Assembly (NCBI GenBank): GCA_963790955.1
Contig: CAWBQM010000003.1
Location: forward strand, 227,385-291,384
Reading direction: 5' to 3'
From: an uncultured Chloroflexia bacterium
GTDB taxonomy: Bacteria; Chloroflexota; Limnocylindria; Limnocylindrales; CSP1-4
DNA: 64,000 nucleotides
Below the pieces are notes generated by a model. The model made no database searches. It worked only from the letters and a program-made list of their open reading frames with translations, and had not been told where the DNA came from. Both the position numbers and the translations under genes were made by a program. Below, piece after piece: positions 37,675 to 46,821 of the stretch; the first letter of the stretch is position 1, and every line of letters begins with the position of its first letter.

Positions 37675-39318
37675 TCAGCGCTCGCTGAGGACCCGGCCGG
37701 CCACGATGGTCAGCAGCGGCCGCGCGGTCGCAAGCGGACCGTCGGGAGTGACGGGTTCGCGCACGACCCCGGCCGGGAGCACGATCAGGTCGGCACGCTG
37801 CCCGGCCACGAGGCGGCCGCGGTCCTTCTCGCCCGCGACGAGCGCGGGATCGAGGCACGCCGAACGCATGACTCGTTCCAGCGTCAGGGCCTCGTCCGGT
37901 CCGAATGTCTCGCGCTCACTCCCCCACTCGCCGCCACGCCGGGTAACCGCCACCGCCAGGCCCGGCCACGGATCGAGCGGCTCGACTGGCGCGTCGGTCC
38001 CGAACGGCAGGTGTGCGCCGCTCGCGGCAAGCGAGCGCCATGGGTACGCGGCGCCGAGACGCGAACCCCAGGCCGCGCGCGCCGCGTCCGCATCGCCCGC
38101 CAGGTGTCCAGGCTGGACCGATGCCGCGATTCCGCCGTGCGCAAAGCGCGGCAGGTCCGACGGATCGACGAGCTGGACGTGCTCGACGCGGGGCTGGAGC
38201 GCGCTCCGACCGGCGGTCGTGGCGAGGGCGCCGAGGGCGACCCGCACGGCCGCGTCGCCGATCGCATGGATCTGTGTGGCGATCCCCTGCCCCGCCGCGC
38301 GCTCGACGTCGGCCGCGAGCTCCTCGGCCGGCGTCACGAGCATCCCGCGGCGGCCGCCCGGCGCCGAGGGATCCGCGTCGTCGAACGGCTCGAGCATCGC
38401 CGCCGTCCGTGAGCCGAGCGTCCCGTCGGCGAACAGCTTGAGCCAGCCGACGCGGACGTGGACATCGTCGGCAGCCGAGAGCGGCATGCCGCTGCGCAGC
38501 CCGTGCTCCCGGGCGACAGCCAGCGCCGGCGCGCGCAAGCCGGCGTGGACACGGATCGGGAGCCGGCCCGATTCGTCGAGGCGGCGATACGCCTCGTACG
38601 CGGGCGCCAGCCGGGGATCCGACACGAGCGTCGCCGGATCGTGCACGGCCACGACACCGAGCGCGAGGAGCTGCCGGACCACGCGCGGGATCGTCTCCAC
38701 GAGGCGATCGGCGTCGGCCGCCGGGATCACCGCGCCCGCGAGCCGGACCGCCGCTTCGAGCAGGATCCCGGTCGGACGCCCGTCGTCGCCCCGGACGATC
38801 GTGCCACCGGCCGGATCGGGCGTCCCGGTCCCGATCCCGGCCGCCGCGAGCGCCTCGTGGCTGAGCCAGAGCGCGTGATGGTCGTGCTGCCACAACGCCA
38901 CGGCCCGCCCGGGCGCGACCGCCGCCAGATCGCCGGAACTCGGCCAGCGCCGCCAGCGATCCACGCGCCAACCGCGGCCGAGCAGCCAGCGTCCCGGCGG
39001 CAGTCGTCGATGGGCGTCGGCCACGAGTGCCAGACCGGCTTCGAGCGTCGGCGGGTCGGCCAGGTCCAGAGCGTCGGCCTCCGCGGCCGCGTCGGCCAGG
39101 TGCAGGTGCGCGTCGGTCAGCCCGGGTAGCGCGATCTCGTCGGGGCCGAGCGCCAGCCGCCGCGTGCCGGGCCCGGCCAGCACCTCGACCTCGTCGGGCC
39201 GCCCGGCCGCCACCACCCGCCCGGCACGGACCGCGATCGCGTCGACCCAGCCGAACCCGTCCGTGCCGGCCAACGTCGCGATCCGGCCTGTGACGAGGAG
39301 CTCGGCCCGCTCCGTCAC
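37675..39318 (-). CDS. Amidohydrolase family 3 protein (YtcJ-like)
   Basis: PGLTDAHLH, KLFADGTLGSRTA, HAIGD, RVEHVQ, FGTDAPV, AGQRADL. Confidence 0.9.
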   Translation of the reverse strand: MTERAELLVTGRIATLAGTDGFGWVDAIAVRAGRVVAAGRPDEVEVLAGPGTRRLALGPDEIALPGLTDAHLHLADAAAEADALDLADPPTLEAGLALVADAHRRLPPGRWLLGRGWRVDRWRRWPSSGDLAAVAPGRAVALWQHDHHALWLSHEALAAAGIGTGTPDPAGGTIVRGDDGRPTGILLEAAVRLAGAVIPAADADRLVETIPRVVRQLLALGVVAVHDPATLVSDPRLAPAYEAYRRLDESGRLPIRVHAGLRAPALAVAREHGLRSGMPLSAADDVHVRVGWLKLFADGTLGSRTAAMLEPFDDADPSAPGGRRGMLVTPAEELAADVERAAGQGIATQIHAIGDAAVRVALGALATTAGRSALQPRVEHVQLVDPSDLPRFAHGGIAASVQPGHLAGDADAARAAWGSRLGAAYPWRSLAASGAHLPFGTDAPVEPLDPWPGLAVAVTRRGGEWGSERETFGPDEALTLERVMRSACLDPALVAGEKDRGRLVAGQRADLIVLPAGVVREPVTPDGPLATARPLLTIVAGRVLSER

Positions 39319-40310
39319 GATCCCGCGCTGGGGTCCGGGTCGTCGAGCAGCGCCGCGAGGGAGGACCGGTCGAGACCCGCACCGACGCCCAGGGCGAGGG
39401 CCACGCGAGCCTTCGGCCCGGACAGACCGCCGGCCAGCATCGCGCCGGCTCGAACCCAGGTCGCGCCGCCACCCGGGAAGGCGTACGCCGTGCTCGCGCG
39501 GCCCGACACGCAGCGGGTCGTGAGGGCCACGGGACAGCCGTCGGCCATCGCCCGCGCGGCGGCCTCGAGGAGCGCGGCTGGGGTGTTACCGGAACCTGTC
39601 GCGGCCACGACGATCCCCTCCATGCCCATCGTGCGCGCGGCGTCGATGAGGGCGCCGTCCATGCCCATCACCGCGGTGATCAGCGCGATCCGTTCGGACG
39701 CCCGATCCGCCCTGACGTGCCGCCGCCCGGCACGCTGCCGGAGCAACCGCACGCCGGTCGCGTCGACGCTCGCGAGCGGACCCGCGTTCGGGCTCTGGAA
39801 CGTCGTGAGCGAGGAGGCATGCATCTTGGTCACGTCGTCGGCGGCATGCACGGTGCCGGCCATCGAAACGACGACACCCGCCCCCCGCAGGAGCGGCGAG
39901 ACCGCGGCGCGAACCGCGTCGATGAGGTTCGCCGGGCCGTCGTATCCGGCGTCGCTCGCGGCGCGCATGGCTCCCGTGACGACGACGGGCTTGGCCGTCT
40001 CGAGCACGAGGTCCCAGCAGAACGCGGTCTCCTCGATGGCGTCGGTGCCCTGGACCAGGACCAGCCCGTCGATCGCGTCGTCGGCCAGCGCCGATCGCAT
40101 GACCGCGGCCAGCTGGAGCAGCCGCGCGAACGTGAAATGCGAGGCCGGCGTGCGGCCCTCGTCGATCGGCACGACCTCGGCGATCCGATCGAGCCCGGGC
40201 GTCCGGGCCAGGATCTCCGCGCCCGACAGGCTCGGCACGTTGCCGCCCGCGACCGGGTCGACGGCCATGCTGATCGTGCCGCCGGTGAACACGACGGCGA
40301 CGCGGCTCAT
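39315..40310 (-). CDS. L-asparaginase family protein
   Basis: TGGTISM, QGTDAIEE, TGAMR, DGPANL, KARVAL. Confidence 0.92.
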   Translation of the reverse strand: MSRVAVVFTGGTISMAVDPVAGGNVPSLSGAEILARTPGLDRIAEVVPIDEGRTPASHFTFARLLQLAAVMRSALADDAIDGLVLVQGTDAIEETAFCWDLVLETAKPVVVTGAMRAASDAGYDGPANLIDAVRAAVSPLLRGAGVVVSMAGTVHAADDVTKMHASSLTTFQSPNAGPLASVDATGVRLLRQRAGRRHVRADRASERIALITAVMGMDGALIDAARTMGMEGIVVAATGSGNTPAALLEAAARAMADGCPVALTTRCVSGRASTAYAFPGGGATWVRAGAMLAGGLSGPKARVALALGVGAGLDRSSLAALLDDPDPSAGS

Positions 40311-41665
40311 GAACCCGCCGCCGACGTGCCGGCGCGCGGCGGCCACGGATCCGCGCCGGCCTCGGGACTCCCACCCGATGCCGCATGGGTCATCTTGTCG
40401 TAGCGCACGGGTCCCTCGCGCGTGGCCAGACGCCACAGCGCGGCCGGCACCGCGGCGACCCAGATCAAACCAAAGGCCACGGCCCGCGCTGTCCGGCGCA
40501 GCCGCTCGAGCGGTGAGAGCCGGCGGCCGTCCGCCCGCCGCTCCCAGCGCAGCGCGTCCCACGCCAGGGCGGCCGCGAGGCCCGTGTACGACGCCCCGAC
40601 CAGGACGAGGGCCCGCGGCCGGCCGGCGAGCGCGCCGAGCGCCGTTCCGAGCAGCACCGGAGGCAGGGCGAGCTGGCCCGCGTAGGCGGCGAAGTCGAGA
40701 CGCGCATCGCGGCTCAGGTGGGGGCTCGTGATCACGGCCGGGCCGTGCTCGAGCGTCCGCCGGATCGCGCCCTCGGCCCAGCGCACGCGCTGCCGCCACA
40801 GGGCGTCCCAGGTCGGGACGGGTTCCTCCCAGACCTCGGCGTCGGCCGCCCAGACGACCCGCACACCATGGGCGGCGGCCACCCGGCTCGACAGATCCAG
40901 GTCCTCGGTCAAGGCCTCAGCTCGCCAGCCGCCGACCTCCGCGAGCAGGTCGCGCCGCACGGTGATGCCGTTACCCCGGAACTCCGAGCAGCCGCCCCAT
41001 GCCCAGCGCGCGCGCTGGATGAGGCCGTCGATCGTCTGCTCGTCGGCCTGCGCACCCGCGAGGTCGCTCCGCTCGGCGCCGAGCACACGCCGTCGCGGCG
41101 TCACGCCCTGCGCGCCGAGCGCCATGTAGCCGGCCAGCGCGCGCAGGAAGCCGGGCTCGATCCGAGCGTCGGCATCGAGCACGACGACGACGTCGCCATG
41201 GCACAGGTCTGGTTGCGCTGCGGTCAGGGCTGCACCCTTACCATCGGGCAGGTCGCTGCCCCCACGCGCGAGATAGCGTGTCACCTCGCCGATGCCATGC
41301 TCCGCCGCGGCCCGCAGGGCGACCTGGCCCGTGCCGTCGACCGAGCGATCATCCACGACGAGCAGTTCGAACAGCGGCCGCCCATCCGGCGCCCGGTGAT
41401 CCTGCGCGGCGACGTCGGCCACGAGTCGACCGATGACCCAGGCCTCGTCGCGCGCGGCCACGACGACGGTCATCGTCGGCAGCGTGTCGGCGGGCTCGAG
41501 TCGGGCCGCTCCCGCACCCATGTCGCGCGGGCTGCGCCGGCTGCCGACCATGACCCGAACCGCCGTCGCCGCGGCCGCCAGCGGCATGAGGTGCAACAGC
41601 CGCCGTAACGGCCCGGGCCGCGAGGCGCTGACGCCCACGAGCAGCCCGCCCACGAGCAGGCTCAC
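40307..41665 (-). CDS. Glycosyltransferase family 2 with QxxRW motif, membrane-bound
   Basis: AARDE, VDDRSVDGT, GKGAAL, LDADA, TEDLD, QRVRW; TM helices at both ends. Start uncertain. Confidence 0.85.
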   Translation of the reverse strand: MSLLVGGLLVGVSASRPGPLRRLLHLMPLAAAATAVRVMVGSRRSPRDMGAGAARLEPADTLPTMTVVVAARDEAWVIGRLVADVAAQDHRAPDGRPLFELLVVDDRSVDGTGQVALRAAAEHGIGEVTRYLARGGSDLPDGKGAALTAAQPDLCHGDVVVVLDADARIEPGFLRALAGYMALGAQGVTPRRRVLGAERSDLAGAQADEQTIDGLIQRARWAWGGCSEFRGNGITVRRDLLAEVGGWRAEALTEDLDLSSRVAAAHGVRVVWAADAEVWEEPVPTWDALWRQRVRWAEGAIRRTLEHGPAVITSPHLSRDARLDFAAYAGQLALPPVLLGTALGALAGRPRALVLVGASYTGLAAALAWDALRWERRADGRRLSPLERLRRTARAVAFGLIWVAAVPAALWRLATREGPVRYDKMTHAASGGSPEAGADPWPPRAGTSAAGS

Positions 41666-41819
41666 CGCGGCTGTCCGCCACGCCTCCGGCGTTGCGTCGA
41701 TCGCCGCGCGCGGAATGGCCGGCCACGGACATGGCCGGCATCGCAGGGCACGGCACGCGCTGCAAGCCGTCGCCAGCCCGCGGCCGGCCGCCGTCCGTTC
41801 GAGTCGCCTGCCCTGGGAA

Positions 41820-43367
41820 TCATGTCGGTGGATCGTCCTCCGGCAACAGGATCTCACCGTCTGTCGACTGGGCGGTGGGTCCGGGCGGCCGGTCGTCCTC
41901 GATCCGGATCGGGATCTCCGAGCGAAGCGCCACGGCAAGCGGATCGACCGGCTCCCGTTGCCCGCCGAGCTCGGACGCGGCCGTGGGAGCACGCGGCCCG
42001 AGCGGTCCCCGGAAGCGCACCGAGCCGAGCCCGGACGCGAGCACGAGGACCGCGATCAGGACGATGATCGTCGGCGTGCCGATGACGTCCGAGATCGGGC
42101 CGACGATGATGATCGGCACGAAGCTCGCGATCGAGACGAGCATGTTCAGCACCCCGAAGACGCGCCCGCGGACGTCCTCGGGCAGGTCCTCCTGGAGCTG
42201 CGTCTGCGACGGGATCGCGACGACGGCGTACGCGACGCCGACCAGGAACGCGATGACGATCACGATCGAGAGCAAGGAAACGAGGCTCGACAATGACGAG
42301 AGCGACGGCGCCGCGTTGGCCCCGCGCTGCAGGAGCCGGGAGATGGGGCCCGCGAGCGCGAGCAGGAACAGCAGGATCCCGAGCGAGATGAGGCCGCCCT
42401 CGATCACCCGCCGGCGTGGCACGAAGCGGCCGTAGCTGTTGAGGCTCAGGATCCCGACGACGATCCCCAGCCCGAGCGGCAGGACGACGACGACGAAGTC
42501 CTTGGTCGACAGACCCAGTGCCTCGGTGGCGAAGTCCGGTCCGAGCACGCCCAGCACGCCGATCAGCGACGCCGTGATCCCGAGATACGTCAGCGACCAG
42601 CCGATGACCCGGTGGCCGGCGATGTAGTCGAGCCCCTCGCGCAGCTGCGCGAATGTCGATTCCACGGCGCGCTCGGCCTCGGCCACCGCGTCGCGCGCGC
42701 CCAGCCCGGGCTCGCCGGTGGCGGCCTCCGACGACGTCGCGCTCGACGGCAGCGTCGCGCAGAACACCGCGGCGACGAGGTACAGGGCCGCGACGACGAG
42801 GAGCAGCGTCGACGGACCCGAGATCGTCGTCACGAGCGGGCCGAGGAGCGCGAAGCCCAGCGCGAAGGCACCGTTGAGGGTCAGCGTGAACACGCCGTTC
42901 GCGGCCAGCAGCAGCGGCCGCGGGACGAGGACCGGGATCATCGCCGCCTCGGCCGGCGCGAAGAAGACCGTGACGCACGATACGAGCACGTTGAGCAGGA
43001 GGATGAGCAGCACGTTGCCGCCGACCAGGAACAGGACGGCGAACGCCAGCGCGCGGAGCAGGTTCGTGACCAGCAGAACGAGCCGCCGGTCGAGCCGATC
43101 GACGTACACGCCCGCGACCGCCGACAGCACCACGGCCGGGACGAGGAATGTGAGCAGCAGCGCGCTGACGGCCGTATTCGAATGGGTGGAGTCGAAGATG
43201 ATGACGGTCAGGCCGTAGATCACCATGTTGCCGCCGACCTGCGTGGCGGCCTGCGACAGCCACAGCAGCAGGAACGGCCGGATCCGGAAGACCGCGAGCG
43301 CGCTGGGCGATTCCGGGCCCGCGCCCCCGACGCCGCCTCGTGGTGCCGTCTCGGTCCCGATCCTCAC
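41820..43367 (-). CDS. MFS transporter (MFS_3/H+ antiporter-like)
   Basis: FLLLWLSQ, AGVYVDRLDRR, FFAPAE, LREGL, QTQLQE...RGRVFG; GTGA overlap with the DUF951 gene. Confidence 0.9.
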   Translation of the reverse strand: MRIGTETAPRGGVGGAGPESPSALAVFRIRPFLLLWLSQAATQVGGNMVIYGLTVIIFDSTHSNTAVSALLLTFLVPAVVLSAVAGVYVDRLDRRLVLLVTNLLRALAFAVLFLVGGNVLLILLLNVLVSCVTVFFAPAEAAMIPVLVPRPLLLAANGVFTLTLNGAFALGFALLGPLVTTISGPSTLLLVVAALYLVAAVFCATLPSSATSSEAATGEPGLGARDAVAEAERAVESTFAQLREGLDYIAGHRVIGWSLTYLGITASLIGVLGVLGPDFATEALGLSTKDFVVVVLPLGLGIVVGILSLNSYGRFVPRRRVIEGGLISLGILLFLLALAGPISRLLQRGANAAPSLSSLSSLVSLLSIVIVIAFLVGVAYAVVAIPSQTQLQEDLPEDVRGRVFGVLNMLVSIASFVPIIIVGPISDVIGTPTIIVLIAVLVLASGLGSVRFRGPLGPRAPTAASELGGQREPVDPLAVALRSEIPIRIEDDRPPGPTAQSTDGEILLPEDDPPT

Positions 43368-43618
43368 CGTCCGGGCTCGTCGCCGATGGGCCGCGGCGCA
43401 ACGGCGGCGCTGAGATCGACGTCGCCGCGGCGCACGAATGCCGCGATCCGGCGTTCGAGGGCGCGGCGCTCGAGCAGCACGTGCCGGCCGCAGCCCTCGC
43501 AGCGCAGGCCGATGTCGGCGCCGAGTCGGTCGACCATCCACGTCTCCGAGCCACACGGATGGCGTTTGCGAAGCCGCACCACGTCGCCGAGGAGCAGGAG
43601 AACGGGTCGATCGCCCAT
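43364..43618 (-). CDS. DUF951 family protein
   Basis: GDVVRLRKRHPCG...W...RLGADI.LRC..CG..V. Confidence 0.88.
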   Translation of the reverse strand: MGDRPVLLLLGDVVRLRKRHPCGSETWMVDRLGADIGLRCEGCGRHVLLERRALERRIAAFVRRGDVDLSAAVAPRPIGDEPGR

Positions 43619-43709
43619 CGGGAGGTCAGGCTACCAGAGCCATCGCACCCGGGCAGGGCTGGCGCGGACCGGCACGACCGATACCGCCCCAGCCACGGCC
43701 GCGTGCGTG

Positions 43710-44387
43710 CTACAGCCTGGGCGTGCCGTGGGCCGGCGCGAGCGAACGTGTCGTCGCCGGAAGGTCGAGCCGGTCGACCGGTGTCACGACGACCTGGACG
43801 TCGGGGAACGTGGCCGAGAACTGGGCGATGATGCCGCCGGCCCGGGTCAGCGAGCCGGTCAGCGTCTCCGCCGGGCCGATGGCGTCGATCTCGAACGGAT
43901 CGTCGAGCGTGCTGCCCTCGATGCTCAGGCCCTCGGGGCTGTCGCTCACGACACTGCCCATCGCGATCCGCACGCCGCCGATGGCGAGCGCGTCCGCCCC
44001 GGTGCTGCGCAGCTCGTTGAGCAGATCGTCGACGGCGACCGCCGTGATGGGACCCGAGATCGAGACCCGGACGCCGGACGTGCCGACGACCGGGTCGAGG
44101 CCGGACCAGGCACGGATGCGTGCCAGGTCGGACCGGACCGCGTCGACCGAGCTCTCGCCACGCGACTCCGCCGAGGTCAGCTGACCGACCTCGTTCTCGA
44201 GTGTCGCGACCTCCTGGCGCAGCTGGTCGTTGCGCGTGTTGAGGTTCGCGACGAGCACGGTCAGATCCTGGGCGGAGCGACCGGCCAGGTCGGTGCCCGC
44301 GCTCTGCGATCGGATTTGCACGACGACGAGGAAGCCCAGCACCAGGGCGACGACCGTGAGCGCGATCTGAGCCTGGCGGTGGCGCAT
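43710..44387 (-). CDS. DUF881 family protein
   Basis: N-terminal TM, coiled coil, LLNELRSTGADALAIGGVRI, PFEIDAIG. Confidence 0.85.
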   Translation of the reverse strand: MRHRQAQIALTVVALVLGFLVVVQIRSQSAGTDLAGRSAQDLTVLVANLNTRNDQLRQEVATLENEVGQLTSAESRGESSVDAVRSDLARIRAWSGLDPVVGTSGVRVSISGPITAVAVDDLLNELRSTGADALAIGGVRIAMGSVVSDSPEGLSIEGSTLDDPFEIDAIGPAETLTGSLTRAGGIIAQFSATFPDVQVVVTPVDRLDLPATTRSLAPAHGTPRL

Positions 44388-44389
44388 GG

Positions 44390-45133
44390 CTACGGGACCG
44401 CGTTCGCGTACGGCAGCGCGACGGTGCCGGCGTAGGCCGGGACCGCAACGCTGTTCGACTCGGCGAACTTGACGCTGATCCCGAAGCCCTCGGCGCGACT
44501 GCGCACGAAGGCGACCCAGCCGAGCTGGCGGCCGAGCCGGTCATACATGCCCGGCGGGCCGATCGCGGCCACCTGGTACGGCGGCGCGAGGTAGGCCGAG
44601 TTGACGAGGATGGAGCCGCCGATGTCGACGATTGCCGACGTCGCGGTGACGCGCTCGCCGTTGATCGCAATGGCCTCGGCCCCGGCCTGCCACAGCTCGT
44701 GCACGGTCGTCAGCAGATCCTGGCCGGTGACCAGGTAGTCGGCGGCGCTCGCGTCGGCGGGCGGCGGCACGTCCGAGTCGTCGAGCTGGAGCACGAGACC
44801 CGGCCCCTGGAGCGCGACCAGCCCCGCCGCGATCCGGGCCTGCTCCAGTTGTGCGTTGAGATCGCGCACGACCGCCTGGTTGCCCTGGCCGGCCTGCTGC
44901 AGGCTTCGGATCCGGGTGTTCAGGTCGAGGATCTGCTGCTTGAGCGCATCCTGGGCGTTCTGGAGCCCGATCGCGGTCTCCACGAGCGGTGAGCGCTCTT
45001 GGGTCGTGTACTGGACCCGGGGCCCCTCCGAGCGGACCTGGGCGGTGACCAGGAAGCCGAGCACGAGCAGCGCGAGCCCGAGCGTGATCTGCCAGCTCGG
45101 GATCGATCGGGCGCGCGCCCCGAGACTGCTCAT
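44390..45133 (-). CDS. DUF881 family protein
   Basis: TM + coiled coil, AGL..LQGPG, ELWQAGAEAIAINGER, PPYQVAAIG; ATGA overlap with the upstream gene. Confidence 0.88.
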   Translation of the reverse strand: MSSLGARARSIPSWQITLGLALLVLGFLVTAQVRSEGPRVQYTTQERSPLVETAIGLQNAQDALKQQILDLNTRIRSLQQAGQGNQAVVRDLNAQLEQARIAAGLVALQGPGLVLQLDDSDVPPPADASAADYLVTGQDLLTTVHELWQAGAEAIAINGERVTATSAIVDIGGSILVNSAYLAPPYQVAAIGPPGMYDRLGRQLGWVAFVRSRAEGFGISVKFAESNSVAVPAYAGTVALPYANAVP

Positions 45134-46821
45134 CCTCGATCGTCGGGGGACGCAGGTCGATCCGCTGGCGGATTGTCGAGAGGTGCCTCGTCGGGCGGTG
45201 CCTTGTCGGGCGGTGGCCCCCAGGCGGGTCGCTCGTCGTCCATCGGTCGCTCGGGCGTCGGCCACGGGCCCGGCCGTGGTGGCGGGCCGGGCGCCCATGG
45301 CGACGGCGACGTGGCGCTGTCGGCCAAGTCCGTCGGGTGCTGCTCCCAGCGTGGCTGCGCGAGGGACTGCAGCCGCGATTGCGCGATCAGGCGAGCATTC
45401 CGGCGTCGAGCCGCTCGGATGCCGATGACGCCGGCCGCGGCCAGGACCACCGCGAGCGCTCCGAGCACGACCGCGAGGAGCCGAACGGTGTCCGAATCGC
45501 CTGTCGTGCCGGCCGGCGCGGGCGCCTGCATCGCGGGCGTCGCCGTGGCGCGCGCGGTCGGCGCTGCCACCCCGGTCGACGCGCTCGCGCCCGGGGCCGC
45601 TGAGCCGCCCCAGCCGGATGGCACCGGACCCGCCGGCGCGGGCTGCGGGCCGACCTTGTCCGGAACGGCCGCGCCCAGGTCCCCGAACCACGCCGCATCG
45701 AACTGCTGGGTGTCCTGGCCGATGGCGGCGCTGAACGCCTCGTCGTCGGTGCGGCCCTGGGCATACGAGCGGATGAGCGTGACGAGGGCATCCTGGCCGT
45801 GGCCGCGGATCAGGAAGTCGATCGCCGACACGCTTTCCGCGTACGCGAGCGAGAAGCGGTCGCCCGTCGTCGGGAACTGCCCGGTCAGGCCGTCGAGCGG
45901 GATCAGATCGCCGCTCGAGGCGGCACTCCGCACGGCCGCGCGGTCGGATGCGTCGTAGCCCTGCGAGAGGTACACGGCCAGGCCCTCATTGAGCCAGCGC
46001 GGTGGGAAGTGGTACGGGTTCTGTACCGCCGTGTTGAACACGAGGTGCGTGAGCTCGTGCGGGATGACGATGCCGACCCACTGCGCGTCGAGCTCGCTCG
46101 GGGTGATGAGCGCGAACAGCGTCCGGATCTCGGCATTGGCCTGGCCGCCGACGTTCTCGCGGGTGCCGGGCCCGAGGGCGTCGTAGAAGGCCTGCTGGTC
46201 GGCGTAGACGAAGAAGTCGATCGGCTTCGATTCGGTCACACCGAGCAGGTCCTCAGCGTGCCGCACGCCCTGCTCGGCGATGTCCAGGGCCCGGCGCCCG
46301 AAGTCGCTCGAGCCCTGGTACCAGTGGATCCTCACAAGGCTGCCTGTTCGGGTCTGCCAGTCGAAGCGCGTATCCGCGTAGGTCACGCTGACGGACGGAC
46401 CCACGTCGACCCGGCCGCTCGTGGTCGTCAGTCGCCAGCGGGCGCTGATGGGCGTGTTCGGCAGCAGGCTGCCATTGCTCGTGTCGAGGACATACCGCAA
46501 CTGCGTCGGGCCGCTGCTCGCCTGGGGCGGATCGACCTCGCTGACCTGGGGTCCGAACGTGCCCGGGAACGTCAGCAGGACCTCGGCTCGGGCGATGGTC
46601 GCGTCGAGGGTCGCCGGCTGATCGAACGTGATCCCGGTGCCATACGTCGACGAGGCCGTGGGCGTTCCGAAGCGGGTCGCGGCCGCGGCAACGGTCGGGC
46701 TGGCGAAGGCGATCCCGAGCCCGAGCACGACGCTCGCGATGGCTGCCAGCGCCCGGCCACCTGCCCCATGCCAGCGTCTGGGCCGGAATGGAGCGCCCGC
46801 GCCCGCGCTCAACGCTGCCAC
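45130..46821 (-). CDS. Exported zinc metallopeptidase (peptidase MA-like, gluzincin) with C-terminal TM and Pro-rich tail
   Basis: Signal peptide; HELTH...PRWLNEGLA; AYAES. Confidence 0.85.
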   Translation of the reverse strand: MAALSAGAGAPFRPRRWHGAGGRALAAIASVVLGLGIAFASPTVAAAATRFGTPTASSTYGTGITFDQPATLDATIARAEVLLTFPGTFGPQVSEVDPPQASSGPTQLRYVLDTSNGSLLPNTPISARWRLTTTSGRVDVGPSVSVTYADTRFDWQTRTGSLVRIHWYQGSSDFGRRALDIAEQGVRHAEDLLGVTESKPIDFFVYADQQAFYDALGPGTRENVGGQANAEIRTLFALITPSELDAQWVGIVIPHELTHLVFNTAVQNPYHFPPRWLNEGLAVYLSQGYDASDRAAVRSAASSGDLIPLDGLTGQFPTTGDRFSLAYAESVSAIDFLIRGHGQDALVTLIRSYAQGRTDDEAFSAAIGQDTQQFDAAWFGDLGAAVPDKVGPQPAPAGPVPSGWGGSAAPGASASTGVAAPTARATATPAMQAPAPAGTTGDSDTVRLLAVVLGALAVVLAAAGVIGIRAARRRNARLIAQSRLQSLAQPRWEQHPTDLADSATSPSPWAPGPPPRPGPWPTPERPMDDERPAWGPPPDKAPPDEAPLDNPPADRPASPDDRG